Assembly: GCA_020697635.1 (NCBI GenBank)
Contig: JAEHCT010000001.1
Span: forward strand, 1 to 38,144
DNA: 38,144 nucleotides
Direction of reading: 5' to 3'
Source: Candidatus Bathyarchaeota archaeon
GTDB lineage: Archaea; Thermoproteota; Bathyarchaeia; TCS64
The notes under the pieces were generated by a model, which saw only the letters and a list, made by a program, of their open reading frames with translations, was not told the origin of the DNA and made no database searches. Position numbers and translations under genes: made by a program. This document shows, one piece after another, positions 27,917 to 36,241 of this stretch (positions are counted from its first letter, which is position 1; each line of letters begins with the position of its first letter).

Positions 27917-28973
27917 GCGATTGACTGCGGCTGTCAGGCGTGTTTTCGGCGGAGGAGACGGCCTCCAGGGACTGATGATCCAGGTAGCCGCGATCCTGAT
28001 CGCGTTCATAGTGGGCGCCGCTGTGCTCGCCGTGACGGGTTACAGCCCAGTGGACGCCTACGTCTCCATGGCGTCAGGGGCCTTCGGGAGCAGCTACGGC
28101 GTGGGCCAGACGCTGACGCAGGCCACACCCATAGTGTTCACGAGCATAGCGTTCCTCATCGGCCTGAAGGCGGGGCTGTTCAACATAGGCATCGAAGGCC
28201 AGTTCCTCATGGGGGCCATGGGGGCTACCCTGGCAGGCGTCTACCTGGACGGGCTCCCTTGGGTGATCCATGTACCGTTGACCATCCTGGTTGGCATGAT
28301 AGCAGGGGCACTCTGGTCGCTGATACCCGCCGTGTTGAAGTCTCGTTTCGACGCCCACGAGGTCATCACCACCATGATGCTGAGCTACGTGGCCACACAC
28401 TTCACGAGCTACCTGGTGAACTACCCCTTCAAGGCTCCCGGGTGGGTGGCCCAGTCGCTGAAGATCAGCGGCTCAGCGGAGCTGCCGCGGATTCTGCCGC
28501 CCACACAGCTGAGCGCAGCCATATTCGTCGCGGTGATAGTCACCGTGGCGAGCACGTACTTCCTCCAGAAGACGATCATGGGCTACGAGCTTCGAGCCAC
28601 GGGGCTTAACCCGTCCGCCGCGGAGAACGCCGGCATCAGCATAGACAGGAACATCCTCGTCTCCATGGCGTTGAGCGGCGCAGTGGCGGGGCTAGGCGGC
28701 GCCTGCGAGGTGATGGGCATACACAGGAGGTTCATACAGGGCTTCAGCCCGGGCTACGGCTGGGACGGCCTCGCCGTGGCCCTCGTCGGGGGCCTCAACC
28801 CGGTGGGAAGCTTCTTCGCCTCGGTCTTATTCGGGGCGCTCCGCAGCGGAGGGATGATCATGACCCGTGCCACAGGTGTGCCCCTCGACATCGTCAAGAT
28901 ACTCCAGGCCCTGGTCATAATGTTCGTGGCGGCCCCCAAGCTGATAAGGGCGCTGCTCAGGAGGGAGCGGTGA
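27909..28973 (+). CDS. Nucleoside ABC permease
   Basis: GLFNIGIEGQ, HEVITTMML, GYELRATGLN, GYGWDG. Confidence 0.92.
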   Translation: MSERLTAAVRRVFGGGDGLQGLMIQVAAILIAFIVGAAVLAVTGYSPVDAYVSMASGAFGSSYGVGQTLTQATPIVFTSIAFLIGLKAGLFNIGIEGQFLMGAMGATLAGVYLDGLPWVIHVPLTILVGMIAGALWSLIPAVLKSRFDAHEVITTMMLSYVATHFTSYLVNYPFKAPGWVAQSLKISGSAELPRILPPTQLSAAIFVAVIVTVASTYFLQKTIMGYELRATGLNPSAAENAGISIDRNILVSMALSGAVAGLGGACEVMGIHRRFIQGFSPGYGWDGLAVALVGGLNPVGSFFASVLFGALRSGGMIMTRATGVPLDIVKILQALVIMFVAAPKLIRALLRRER

Positions 28974-29899
28974 TGGTGGAGCTCTTAGACCTGATAAACA
29001 CGGGGCTCTTCGCGGCCGCGATCCGTATGGCGACGCCTATCGCTTACGCGGCGCTCGGCGGGATGTTCAGCGAGCGCGTCGGCGTCATGAACATCGGGCT
29101 GGAGGGAATCATGCTGACGAGCGCTTTCGGCGGAGTAGCAGTCAGCTACTACACTGGCAGCGCGTGGCTGGGCGTCGTGGCCGCCGTGCTCGTGGGAGGA
29201 TTACTCGGTCTGTTCCACGCCATAATCACGGTGAAGTACGCCGGAGACCAGGTGGTGAGCGGAACCGGCATAAACATCCTGGCTGCGGGGTTCACCGCCT
29301 ACATGAGTCAGGTGATCTGGGGAACCAGAGGCTCGTCCGACGCCGTCAACAGCATACCGGACCTGACTATCCCCGTGCTCAAACAGATACCCGTGCTGGG
29401 GGAGGTGTTCGGCACCCACTCGCCTCTCGTCTACCTGATGCCCATAATCACAGCCGCCAGCTACTACGTGCTCTTCAAGACGCCCCTCGGTCTCAGGATA
29501 AGGGCCGTCGGTGAGCACCCCACGGCGGCGGAGACGGCCGGCGTCGACGTGGTGAAGATAAAGTACATGTGTATTATTCTGAGTGGTATGCTTGCGGGCA
29601 TCGGTGGCGCGTTCCTAAGCCTCAGCCACCTGAACGTCTTCAACAAGGGTATGACCGGTGGACGAGGCTTCATAGCCATGGCCGCCATGATCTTCGGGAA
29701 GTGGATGCCTTTCAGCGTCTTCGGGGCGAGCCTCCTCTTCGGGTTCGCTGACGCCCTGCAGATGAGGCTCCAGAGCCTGGGGATACTGCCGCCCCAGATA
29801 ATACTGGCCATCCCCTACGTGCTCACGGTGGCGATCCTGGCGGGCGTCGTCGGCAAGGCCAAGCCACCCAGCGACTACAAGCCCTACGAGAAGGAGTAG
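28970..29899 (+). CDS. Nucleoside ABC permease
   Basis: SERVGVMNIGLEG, GLRIRAVGEHP, GRGFIAMAA, PYVLT. Confidence 0.92.
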   Translation: MMVELLDLINTGLFAAAIRMATPIAYAALGGMFSERVGVMNIGLEGIMLTSAFGGVAVSYYTGSAWLGVVAAVLVGGLLGLFHAIITVKYAGDQVVSGTGINILAAGFTAYMSQVIWGTRGSSDAVNSIPDLTIPVLKQIPVLGEVFGTHSPLVYLMPIITAASYYVLFKTPLGLRIRAVGEHPTAAETAGVDVVKIKYMCIILSGMLAGIGGAFLSLSHLNVFNKGMTGGRGFIAMAAMIFGKWMPFSVFGASLLFGFADALQMRLQSLGILPPQIILAIPYVLTVAILAGVVGKAKPPSDYKPYEKE

Positions 29900-30649
29900 C
29901 TATCCCTCGTCCAGTAGTTGGACGGCTCGGACGGCGACCCTTATCTCGTCATCGATGCTCTTTTGGACTCTGTCCGCGAACTCGCCGCTCATCTCCCCGG
30001 GCTCGAACTCGCCCTTCCCGGTGCCCTTGAATATGTTGCCATCAACGACGCAGATGGCCCCCGCCCGTTTGCCGCGGACGCTGGCGAGGGTGAACATGAG
30101 GCTGGCCTCCATCTCGATGCTCAGCACGTTGGCTTCCCCGAACATCCGGAGCACCTCGTCGTTGCCGCCGTAGAACGCGTCTGTGCTGATGATGATCCCG
30201 TGGTGCACCTCTACCCCCAGCTCGTCGGCCGCCTCAAGGAGGGCGTTCACCGCCTCGATGCTGGCCACCGCCGGGTACTCGGCCGGCACATAAGTCTTGC
30301 TGGTGCCCTCCCACCTGACCGCCCCCGTGGCCACCACGATGTCGCCGCTGTCGAGGTGCGGCACTAGGGCCCCAGTGGTACCTACCCGGATGAAGGTGTC
30401 CGCCCCGATGTTCATAAGCTCCTCAATGGCGATGGCCGTCGAGGGGCACCCGATGCCGCCGCCGCAGGCGCTGACGCCCACGCCCTTCGTCTCCCCGGTG
30501 TAGGTCACGTATCCACGGTAGTCAGCCACCATCTCGGCGCTGTCCCAGTGGCCGGCGATCCTCTTCACCCGGCTCGGGTCACCGCTTATCAGGACGTACC
30601 TGGCGACATCGCCTACACCGCACATTATGTGAGGCTGAATCCGCTTCAT
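29900..30649 (-). CDS. Uridine phosphorylase-like nucleoside phosphorylase (PNP/UDP family 1)
   Basis: GDPSR, GIGCPS, IRVGTTG, YPAVA, DAFY, EME. Start placed at MKRIQPHI (30649). Confidence 0.88.
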   Translation of the reverse strand: MKRIQPHIMCGVGDVARYVLISGDPSRVKRIAGHWDSAEMVADYRGYVTYTGETKGVGVSACGGGIGCPSTAIAIEELMNIGADTFIRVGTTGALVPHLDSGDIVVATGAVRWEGTSKTYVPAEYPAVASIEAVNALLEAADELGVEVHHGIIISTDAFYGGNDEVLRMFGEANVLSIEMEASLMFTLASVRGKRAGAICVVDGNIFKGTGKGEFEPGEMSGEFADRVQKSIDDEIRVAVRAVQLLDEG

Positions 30650-30736
30650 AGACCAGACTCCTCGGTGGAGGGTATAAGCTTGGCTGTAGGAGGCTGGGTT
30701 TAAAGGTGAGCACGGCTTCCCATAGGCTGAACTCAC

Positions 30737-31705
30737 TTGAAGGTCGCCGAAGACATACACCGGCTTACAGTGCCCATGGAGAGAAACCCCCTAGGGAAGA
30801 CGTACAGCTACCTCTTCACCGAGTCCAAGACACTCATAGACACGGGGGTCCCCACGGACAGCGCATACCAGGGACTCACGGAGGAGCTCAAGCTGCACGG
30901 CATGAAACCCCAGGACGTAGAGAGAGTCATCCTCACCCATCTCCACAACGACCACATAGGCCTGGCCAAGACCCTACAGGAGTACGGCGCCGAGATAGTC
31001 GCAAGCCAGGTGGCAGCCGAGAAACAGGAGGCTGTGAAGCTTCAGCAGGAGAACTTCTTCGAGCTCACCGTAGACGAGACCAGGCTCTTCGGCGGCGAGC
31101 AGTTCCTCCAGTACCTCCAGCGCTACAGGCGGGCGTTCAGGGACTTCCCCGAGCCCCTCAGGATCGACAGGACGCTGCGCGACGGTGAGACCATAGAACT
31201 CAACGGCAAGGAGATGACCGTAATCTGGACCCCCGGCCATGCACACGAGCACATCGTCGTCCACGACCACGCCGACAGGCTGCTGTTCAGCGGCGACCAC
31301 GTCCTACCCAAGATAACCAGCCACGTCGCCCTCCACAGCTACGAGGACAGGGACCCACTGTGCGACTACCTGAAGAGCCTAGACAAGGTCAAGGACCTGG
31401 ACGTCGACACGGTCTACCCGGCCCACGAGTGGGAGTTCAGCAACCTGGCTGACCGCATCGAGCAACTCAACCATCACCACAGAAACAGGCTCCAGGAGAT
31501 GAAGGACACGCTGCAGGACGGCCCCAAGACCATATACGACATCGGAAGCAGGGCCCACTGGGAGAGCCGGCCGTGGCCAGAGATGAGCTTCTGGACCAAG
31601 CGCATGGCGGCAACAGAGACCTACGCCCACCTCGTCTACCTGCGAAACAGAGAAGAGGTCGCCGAAACCAAGAAAGACGGAATCCTATACTATAGTCTAG
31701 CTTGA
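30737..31705 (+). CDS. Metallo-beta-lactamase fold hydrolase with C-terminal winged-helix-like region
   Basis: IDTG, THLHNDH, TPGH, FSGDH, PAH, ETYAHLVYL. Confidence 0.9.
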   Translation: MKVAEDIHRLTVPMERNPLGKTYSYLFTESKTLIDTGVPTDSAYQGLTEELKLHGMKPQDVERVILTHLHNDHIGLAKTLQEYGAEIVASQVAAEKQEAVKLQQENFFELTVDETRLFGGEQFLQYLQRYRRAFRDFPEPLRIDRTLRDGETIELNGKEMTVIWTPGHAHEHIVVHDHADRLLFSGDHVLPKITSHVALHSYEDRDPLCDYLKSLDKVKDLDVDTVYPAHEWEFSNLADRIEQLNHHHRNRLQEMKDTLQDGPKTIYDIGSRAHWESRPWPEMSFWTKRMAATETYAHLVYLRNREEVAETKKDGILYYSLA

Positions 31706-31713
31706 GAAGGGGT

Positions 31714-31740
31714 GCCCCCTTCCCTCCCCAGGAAGGGGGC
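31714..31740. terminator. 10-bp GC hairpin between convergent genes
   Basis: GCCCCCTTCC-ctcccca-GGAAGGGGGC. Confidence 0.55.
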
Positions 31741-31769
31741 GAATGGGGGAGTTATTTGGGGAGAGTGAT

Positions 31770-32432
31770 CTATCGCCAGACCTTGATGCCGCGCTCGTGG
31801 AGATACTGCGCCGCCAGGTCCGCGATGTCTGGTCCCTTGAAGGGTATCTTGAGCTCCTTGACGTGGATCATGATCTCAGTGTACTTGATCTCAAGGGGCG
31901 CCGCCTTCTCCTGGAACTCGTCCAGTATGGTCTGGGCGACCTCCTCGGCGACCCTGAACTTGGGGCTCAGCATCCTGTAGTGGTGCTTGAGGGCCGTCCC
32001 GACTTCGTTGGGGGACGCGGAGTCTATGGCCCAGACGGTGGGCCTTGGGCCGCCCTTGCTGCGCTTCACCTTGCTCACCTTGAGCGCGGGCACCACGACG
32101 CCCATCGCCCTAAGCCTCTTCAGGGCGCGGTAGACAGTGGCCTCGGGCATGTTGAGCTCGCACTGGAGCACCCAAGCCGTGGATGCGCCGTGGAGGCAGA
32201 AGTACAGGAACGTCTCGCTCACGGCCTTGCTGCTGAAGATCTTCTCGCTGAAGCTCATGAGCTCCTGGATGTTCTTCAGGGTGGTCGCGAGGTCGTTCTT
32301 TTCGTTTAAAAGTAATAATTTCCGGAAAATATCTACGTATTTAGTGAAGTTTAACGCGCTAACGCCAGTTTTTCCTAACGATCTCTTTTTATTGGCGGAG
32401 CGTCTTCTATCTAGGGCTACCGTATTCGACAC
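31770..32432 (-). CDS. Hypothetical winged-helix DNA-binding protein
   Basis: TAWVLQCELNMPEATVYRALKRL HTH followed by a wing-like KGGPRPTVW; start uncertain because the 5' part is AT-rich. Confidence 0.7.
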   Translation of the reverse strand: MSNTVALDRRRSANKKRSLGKTGVSALNFTKYVDIFRKLLLLNEKNDLATTLKNIQELMSFSEKIFSSKAVSETFLYFCLHGASTAWVLQCELNMPEATVYRALKRLRAMGVVVPALKVSKVKRSKGGPRPTVWAIDSASPNEVGTALKHHYRMLSPKFRVAEEVAQTILDEFQEKAAPLEIKYTEIMIHVKELKIPFKGPDIADLAAQYLHERGIKVWR

Positions 32433-32467
32433 TTAAATCTAACTCCGGGCCTCGCACGCGAGGCAAA

Positions 32468-32550
32468 TTGTTTACAGCACCGATATGCTTATAAGTATAC
32501 TTGTTAACAAGTAAACAAGTAAACAAAATAAACAGGTGGAACAGTAAACA
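32468..32550. repeat. GTAAACA-type repeat array with a 16-bp palindrome, in a divergent promoter
   Basis: GTTAACA 32503, GTAAACA 32511, 32519 and 32544, ATAAACA 32528, inverted TGTTTAC 32469; TACTTGTTAACAAGTA 32498-32513; TATA CTTATAAG 32488-32495. Confidence 0.8.
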
Positions 32551-32990
32551 TGCCCCGTAAAACCGTCGCTATCCGTGGCCTGGACACAGAGCTCTACACA
32601 GAGGTCTTCACCATGGCCAAGAAGGACGGCAAACGCGTGGCAGACGTCGTCAACAACGCCCTAGAGGCATGGATCAACAACGAGACAGACGAAGTCCCCG
32701 CCGGATTCGATGGCACACTATCTAACTCCGGAGCAGAATTTATTTTAGCCATCGACGATGAAGGCGAAGTGAGCCTAGGAAAAGATGATATCAAGGAAAT
32801 AGCCAAAGAAATGGGCCCATTCGCCATAGAGAGCAATGGAAACCTATTATTCGAGAAAGACGTCGATAAAAATGCTTTAAACAGCATCACGAAGATTTCT
32901 GTGCGGTCGGGCACCGTCAAGGTACCCAGGAAGGCCTACGCCCAATTCCTAATGAAGTGCAAGATACAAGGAAAGCTCGACAAGTATTGA
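32550..32990 (+). CDS. Hypothetical protein with N-terminal ribbon-helix-helix-like domain
   Basis: KTVAIRGLDTELY...AKKDGKRVADVVNNALEAW fits the beta-alpha-G-alpha RHH pattern; C-terminal domain unknown. Confidence 0.72.
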   Translation: MPRKTVAIRGLDTELYTEVFTMAKKDGKRVADVVNNALEAWINNETDEVPAGFDGTLSNSGAEFILAIDDEGEVSLGKDDIKEIAKEMGPFAIESNGNLLFEKDVDKNALNSITKISVRSGTVKVPRKAYAQFLMKCKIQGKLDKY

Positions 32991-33592
32991 GCCCCGTTTA
33001 TACGGTAGCTGGGGCCCAGGACGGAAGCTTCGAGACTTTCAGGCGAGGTTTAGGCAGGCCCATCCAGTACACTTCTCTTTGTTTAACAAGGATGAGGGGC
33101 AGCGTTATACAGGGCGTCCTGCTGGCGCGTATAACGGTGGACGGGCTGGACGCCACGGACGCATTGTTAAACAGTTTAGGTTCATGGGAGGCTGACGCGT
33201 TGATTCTGGGCGGAGCCACCTTCGCGGGGTTCAACGTGGTGGACGTTCAACGCGTAAACAGGGAGACGGAAACGCCTGTGATCGTATTCAGCGGAGAGTG
33301 CCCCGACATGGAAGCCACCAAGGATGCGCTGCGTAAACATTTCCAGGACTGGAGGGAGAGGTGGAGCCGCTACGAGGCCCTCGGCGAGATGCACGCGTTA
33401 AAGATTGACAGACATCCTCCGGTGTACTACGAGAACATAGGATGCTCGAAGGGCTTCGCCGAGGACGTGCTCGGGGAGCAGGCAATATCCTGTAGAACCC
33501 CCGAGTGTGTGAGGGTGGCCGACCTGATAGCTAAGGGAGTCAGTCAAGTCTTTCGAGGTCCAGCGGGATGTTCTGGTAGTTCATCAGGTTGA
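32987..33592 (+). CDS. DUF99 family (endonuclease V-like/endonuclease dU) protein
   Basis: ITVDGLDATD, GATFAGFNVVD, PVIV, PECVRVADLIA; TTGA overlap with the RHH gene stop. Confidence 0.85.
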   Translation: MSPVYTVAGAQDGSFETFRRGLGRPIQYTSLCLTRMRGSVIQGVLLARITVDGLDATDALLNSLGSWEADALILGGATFAGFNVVDVQRVNRETETPVIVFSGECPDMEATKDALRKHFQDWRERWSRYEALGEMHALKIDRHPPVYYENIGCSKGFAEDVLGEQAISCRTPECVRVADLIAKGVSQVFRGPAGCSGSSSG

Positions 33593-35018
33593 ACACCGAG
33601 ACGACGCCCGGTGTGGGGTCTATCTTCATCCTCCTCTGGAAGGGCGTCTGGTCCTGGAAGCTCCCCGTGCTAACCAGGGTGACGTTCTTGTACTTCCGAT
33701 GCTCGAAGATGTGGATGTGGCCCATGACGAAGACGTCCGGTATCTCCCTGATCACGAGCCTGTCGATCTTCTCGGGCGCCAGCGGCGTTGACTGGCCGTA
33801 GATGGGCGCCACGTGGTTGCACCTGAGGAGCAGCTCCACGGCCTTTATGGGGTTGTGGAAGTCGTGGCCCGGCGTCGAGCTCAGTATGTCGTCCAGAGCC
33901 TTGCCGTGGGCCAGCAGCATCTTCACGCCGTGGAGGCTTATGGTGGAGGGGTTCGGCAGCATATGGACCCGTTCGTCCTTGTGGAGGCTCGGGGCGTAGC
34001 TCTCAGGGATCGGGGGCTGAGGCAGGCTCCTCCTGACGGCGTCGTGGTTCCCGGGTATTATGACTACCTCCACGTGCTCCGGCAGCTGTGCCAGGAGCCT
34101 CGCAGCCTCCTCGTACTGGGCGTCCTGGGTGGTAAATGTGAGCTCGTGTAGCTGATCAGGGTAGATCCCTATGCCGTCCACGAGGTCGCCGGCTATGACC
34201 ACGTATTTGACCCTCGAGGCGAGTTCCCTGGAAGCCTGCGGCCCCAGATCCATGTTCATCCACTTGATGAACCTCTCGAAGAGGTCTTCCCTGAAGTACT
34301 TGCTCCCCACGTGTACGTCGCCTATGATCACGGCGCAGACGGGCTCGTCGGCCCTGCGGGAGTCGCGTATGGGGACGTCCGGCCAGATGAGGTCGTTGGC
34401 GATGAGGAGGTCGTCCTTGTACTTGAGGCCGTCTATGCATATCACCTGGTCGTTCAGGATCTCCATGCCTTTCTCAACGGCCTCGGCGCCCGACACCATG
34501 ACGGTGATGGATGTCTCCGGGGACTCAAGTTCCAGGAACAGCCTGTTGCTTCTGGCGCGTTTCCCGCTGACGAGGCCTATGGTCTTGAACTTGGACTTGA
34601 CTGGGAGCTTCACTGCCTGGCTCAGAGGGATGGCGTCACGGACGTCGACGCGCCTCTTGAGTATGATCTCAAGCTGAGCAAACCTGCTGTTGAACAAGTC
34701 TATGAAGCCGTTCAAGTCTCCCTCAGGCGCCGGCTCGTCCACGGGCATCACCTCCAGCCTGGACTCTATCCTCGCCGCCAGAGGTGGTCGGGCTTCCCGT
34801 ACCACCCGCATTGGCTCCGACGCCTTGGAGAGGCTCAACAGGAACTCCTGGTCTATGACGAAAAGCTCTGGCCGGCCCTCCGCTACCTGGAGGGCTCTCT
34901 CTACGACGGCCTTCACATGCTCCAAGGGAATGGCCTGGAGGTGGGTGAACGCGTCTGGGGTTAGCTGGTACCCCCTCTCTACCACCCTGCTGAGGATGGG
35001 CAGGAGTTCCTGTGTCAC
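33540..35018 (-). CDS. polB: DNA polymerase D small subunit DP1 (3'-5' exonuclease)
   Basis: GDVHVGS, AGDLVDGIGIYPDQ, PGNHD, HG, HVAPIYG, GHIH, FQDQTPFQ, OB-fold region. Confidence 0.95.
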   Translation of the reverse strand: MTQELLPILSRVVERGYQLTPDAFTHLQAIPLEHVKAVVERALQVAEGRPELFVIDQEFLLSLSKASEPMRVVREARPPLAARIESRLEVMPVDEPAPEGDLNGFIDLFNSRFAQLEIILKRRVDVRDAIPLSQAVKLPVKSKFKTIGLVSGKRARSNRLFLELESPETSITVMVSGAEAVEKGMEILNDQVICIDGLKYKDDLLIANDLIWPDVPIRDSRRADEPVCAVIIGDVHVGSKYFREDLFERFIKWMNMDLGPQASRELASRVKYVVIAGDLVDGIGIYPDQLHELTFTTQDAQYEEAARLLAQLPEHVEVVIIPGNHDAVRRSLPQPPIPESYAPSLHKDERVHMLPNPSTISLHGVKMLLAHGKALDDILSSTPGHDFHNPIKAVELLLRCNHVAPIYGQSTPLAPEKIDRLVIREIPDVFVMGHIHIFEHRKYKNVTLVSTGSFQDQTPFQRRMKIDPTPGVVSVFNLMNYQNIPLDLERLD

Positions 35019-35028
35019 GGCGGATCGT

Positions 35029-35406
35029 TTACTTGGCGGCTATCACGTAGTCGACTCGCGGCGGGCTGAAGAGCTCGATTATCACGGCGGGCTCGTCGCC
35101 CGTGGTCTCGAACTTATGCTCCTCGTTGGGGGGCACTCGCCAAGCCGCTCCCGGGGTGGCTTTGACCGTCCTGCCGCCTGAGCTAAGCTCCCCCTTCCCC
35201 GAGAGGAGGGTGCCCATCTGCTCGTGGGGGTGGCTGTGCCAGTCGACGACGGCGCCAGGATTGATGACTATGTAGCAGAGGGAGGCGTTGTGGCCGTTCC
35301 CTATGATGCTTATCTTTACTCCGGGCACCGGCTCGAGGCACGGAGCCTTCTCCCATGTCGTGTCTTCCATGGACCTCTCTATGGCGCTGAAGGTATTTGA
35401 ACCCAA
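35029..35406 (-). CDS. Cupin domain protein
   Basis: HSHPHEQ and VPPNEEH cupin metal motifs, FSPPR. Confidence 0.88.
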   Translation of the reverse strand: MGSNTFSAIERSMEDTTWEKAPCLEPVPGVKISIIGNGHNASLCYIVINPGAVVDWHSHPHEQMGTLLSGKGELSSGGRTVKATPGAAWRVPPNEEHKFETTGDEPAVIIELFSPPRVDYVIAAK

Positions 35407-36099
35407 CTAGAGGCCGATTGGGGCCTGCTCCTTCCGCTCCAGGATGATGTCTCTAATCTCCTTGCGGATGCTGTACCTGTAGGGCATCCCGGAGGTGTTC
35501 CTGTCTATGAATCCCCTGTCGTAGAGCTTCTTCAGGAGCCGGGCTGTGTGCTCCCTCGTCCTGTCGATCTTCTCCCGTATCTCGGGGACGGTGCCCTCCC
35601 CCAGATCCACTATCATCTCAAGGACCTCCATCTCGGTTTCCGTGAGCTGCTGGAAAACGTCCTCGCCCTGAACCGGAATGGGTGCGTCGACCCGCGTGGC
35701 CACGGGTGCCAAACGCGGCTGAGTGGCGAGCTTGGTGAGGTCGGTCTTCATCTCCTGTAGGGAGTTCTCGATGGTGTCAACTCGCTCTGAGAGCTCCTTC
35801 ACCTTCTCCAGCCCCTTGAGGGCGGCGTCGTTGCCACCCTGTGTAGCCTTCAGGGCCTCGTTGGCCATGTACCTGGCCTGGCTGGCTTCGCGCTCTATCC
35901 TGTCGAGGCCAGTCTCCATCTTCTTGGCCTGGCGCGTGAACCCCGAGGTTATGTTCCTGACGGTGGACTTGCTCTCCTCGTACTCTATCTGAGCCATCTT
36001 TATGCGCTTGTAGAAGATGTAGCTAGCGGCCAAGATCACTATTAACAACGCGATGGTGGTGTACACTAGCGCCAAGGATCTCCCCTGTATTGTGCTCAC
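35407..36099 (-). CDS. Membrane-anchored coiled-coil protein with C-terminal winged HTH (MarR/TrmB-like)
   Basis: N-terminal TM, about 100 aa heptad-rich helix, then LTETEMEVL...TVPEIREKIDRTREHTARLLKKLYDRGFIDR...PYRY. Confidence 0.82.
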   Translation of the reverse strand: MSTIQGRSLALVYTTIALLIVILAASYIFYKRIKMAQIEYEESKSTVRNITSGFTRQAKKMETGLDRIEREASQARYMANEALKATQGGNDAALKGLEKVKELSERVDTIENSLQEMKTDLTKLATQPRLAPVATRVDAPIPVQGEDVFQQLTETEMEVLEMIVDLGEGTVPEIREKIDRTREHTARLLKKLYDRGFIDRNTSGMPYRYSIRKEIRDIILERKEQAPIGL

Positions 36100-36146
36100 G
36101 GTCTCCCTTTTTTACGGTTTCGGATACACGAATAATTTGATTAGAG

Positions 36147-36212
36147 GTAAACAATTCAAACAAAGTTGGATTGTTTAACAGGTTGTACATGTTTACATAC
36201 TTAGAGTTTAAA
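36147..36212. promoter_or_regulatory. GTAAACA-type boxes and TATA in a divergent promoter
   Basis: GTAAACAA 36147, TCAAACAA 36156, TTGTTTAACA 36171, TGTTTAC 36190, TTTAAA 36207-36212. Confidence 0.7.
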
Positions 36213-36241
36213 TCACGCAGTACATCTAAAACTTGAATGCT

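Noticed and set aside
29897..29902. Genome-wide TAG recoding as an explanation for the amber codon at 17917
   Set aside because: Many full-length genes end in TAG, including two convergent genes whose TAG stops abut here.
32503..32550. CRISPR array or link to the eukaryotic Forkhead site (GTAAACA)
   Set aside because: Repeats are 7-8 bp with no spacers or cas genes; identity to the FOX consensus is probably coincidental for a 7-mer.
32290..36241. Replication origin next to DP1
   Set aside because: No cdc6/orc1, no ORB-like boxes with G-strings and no long unwinding element recognised, so it cannot be called from this window.
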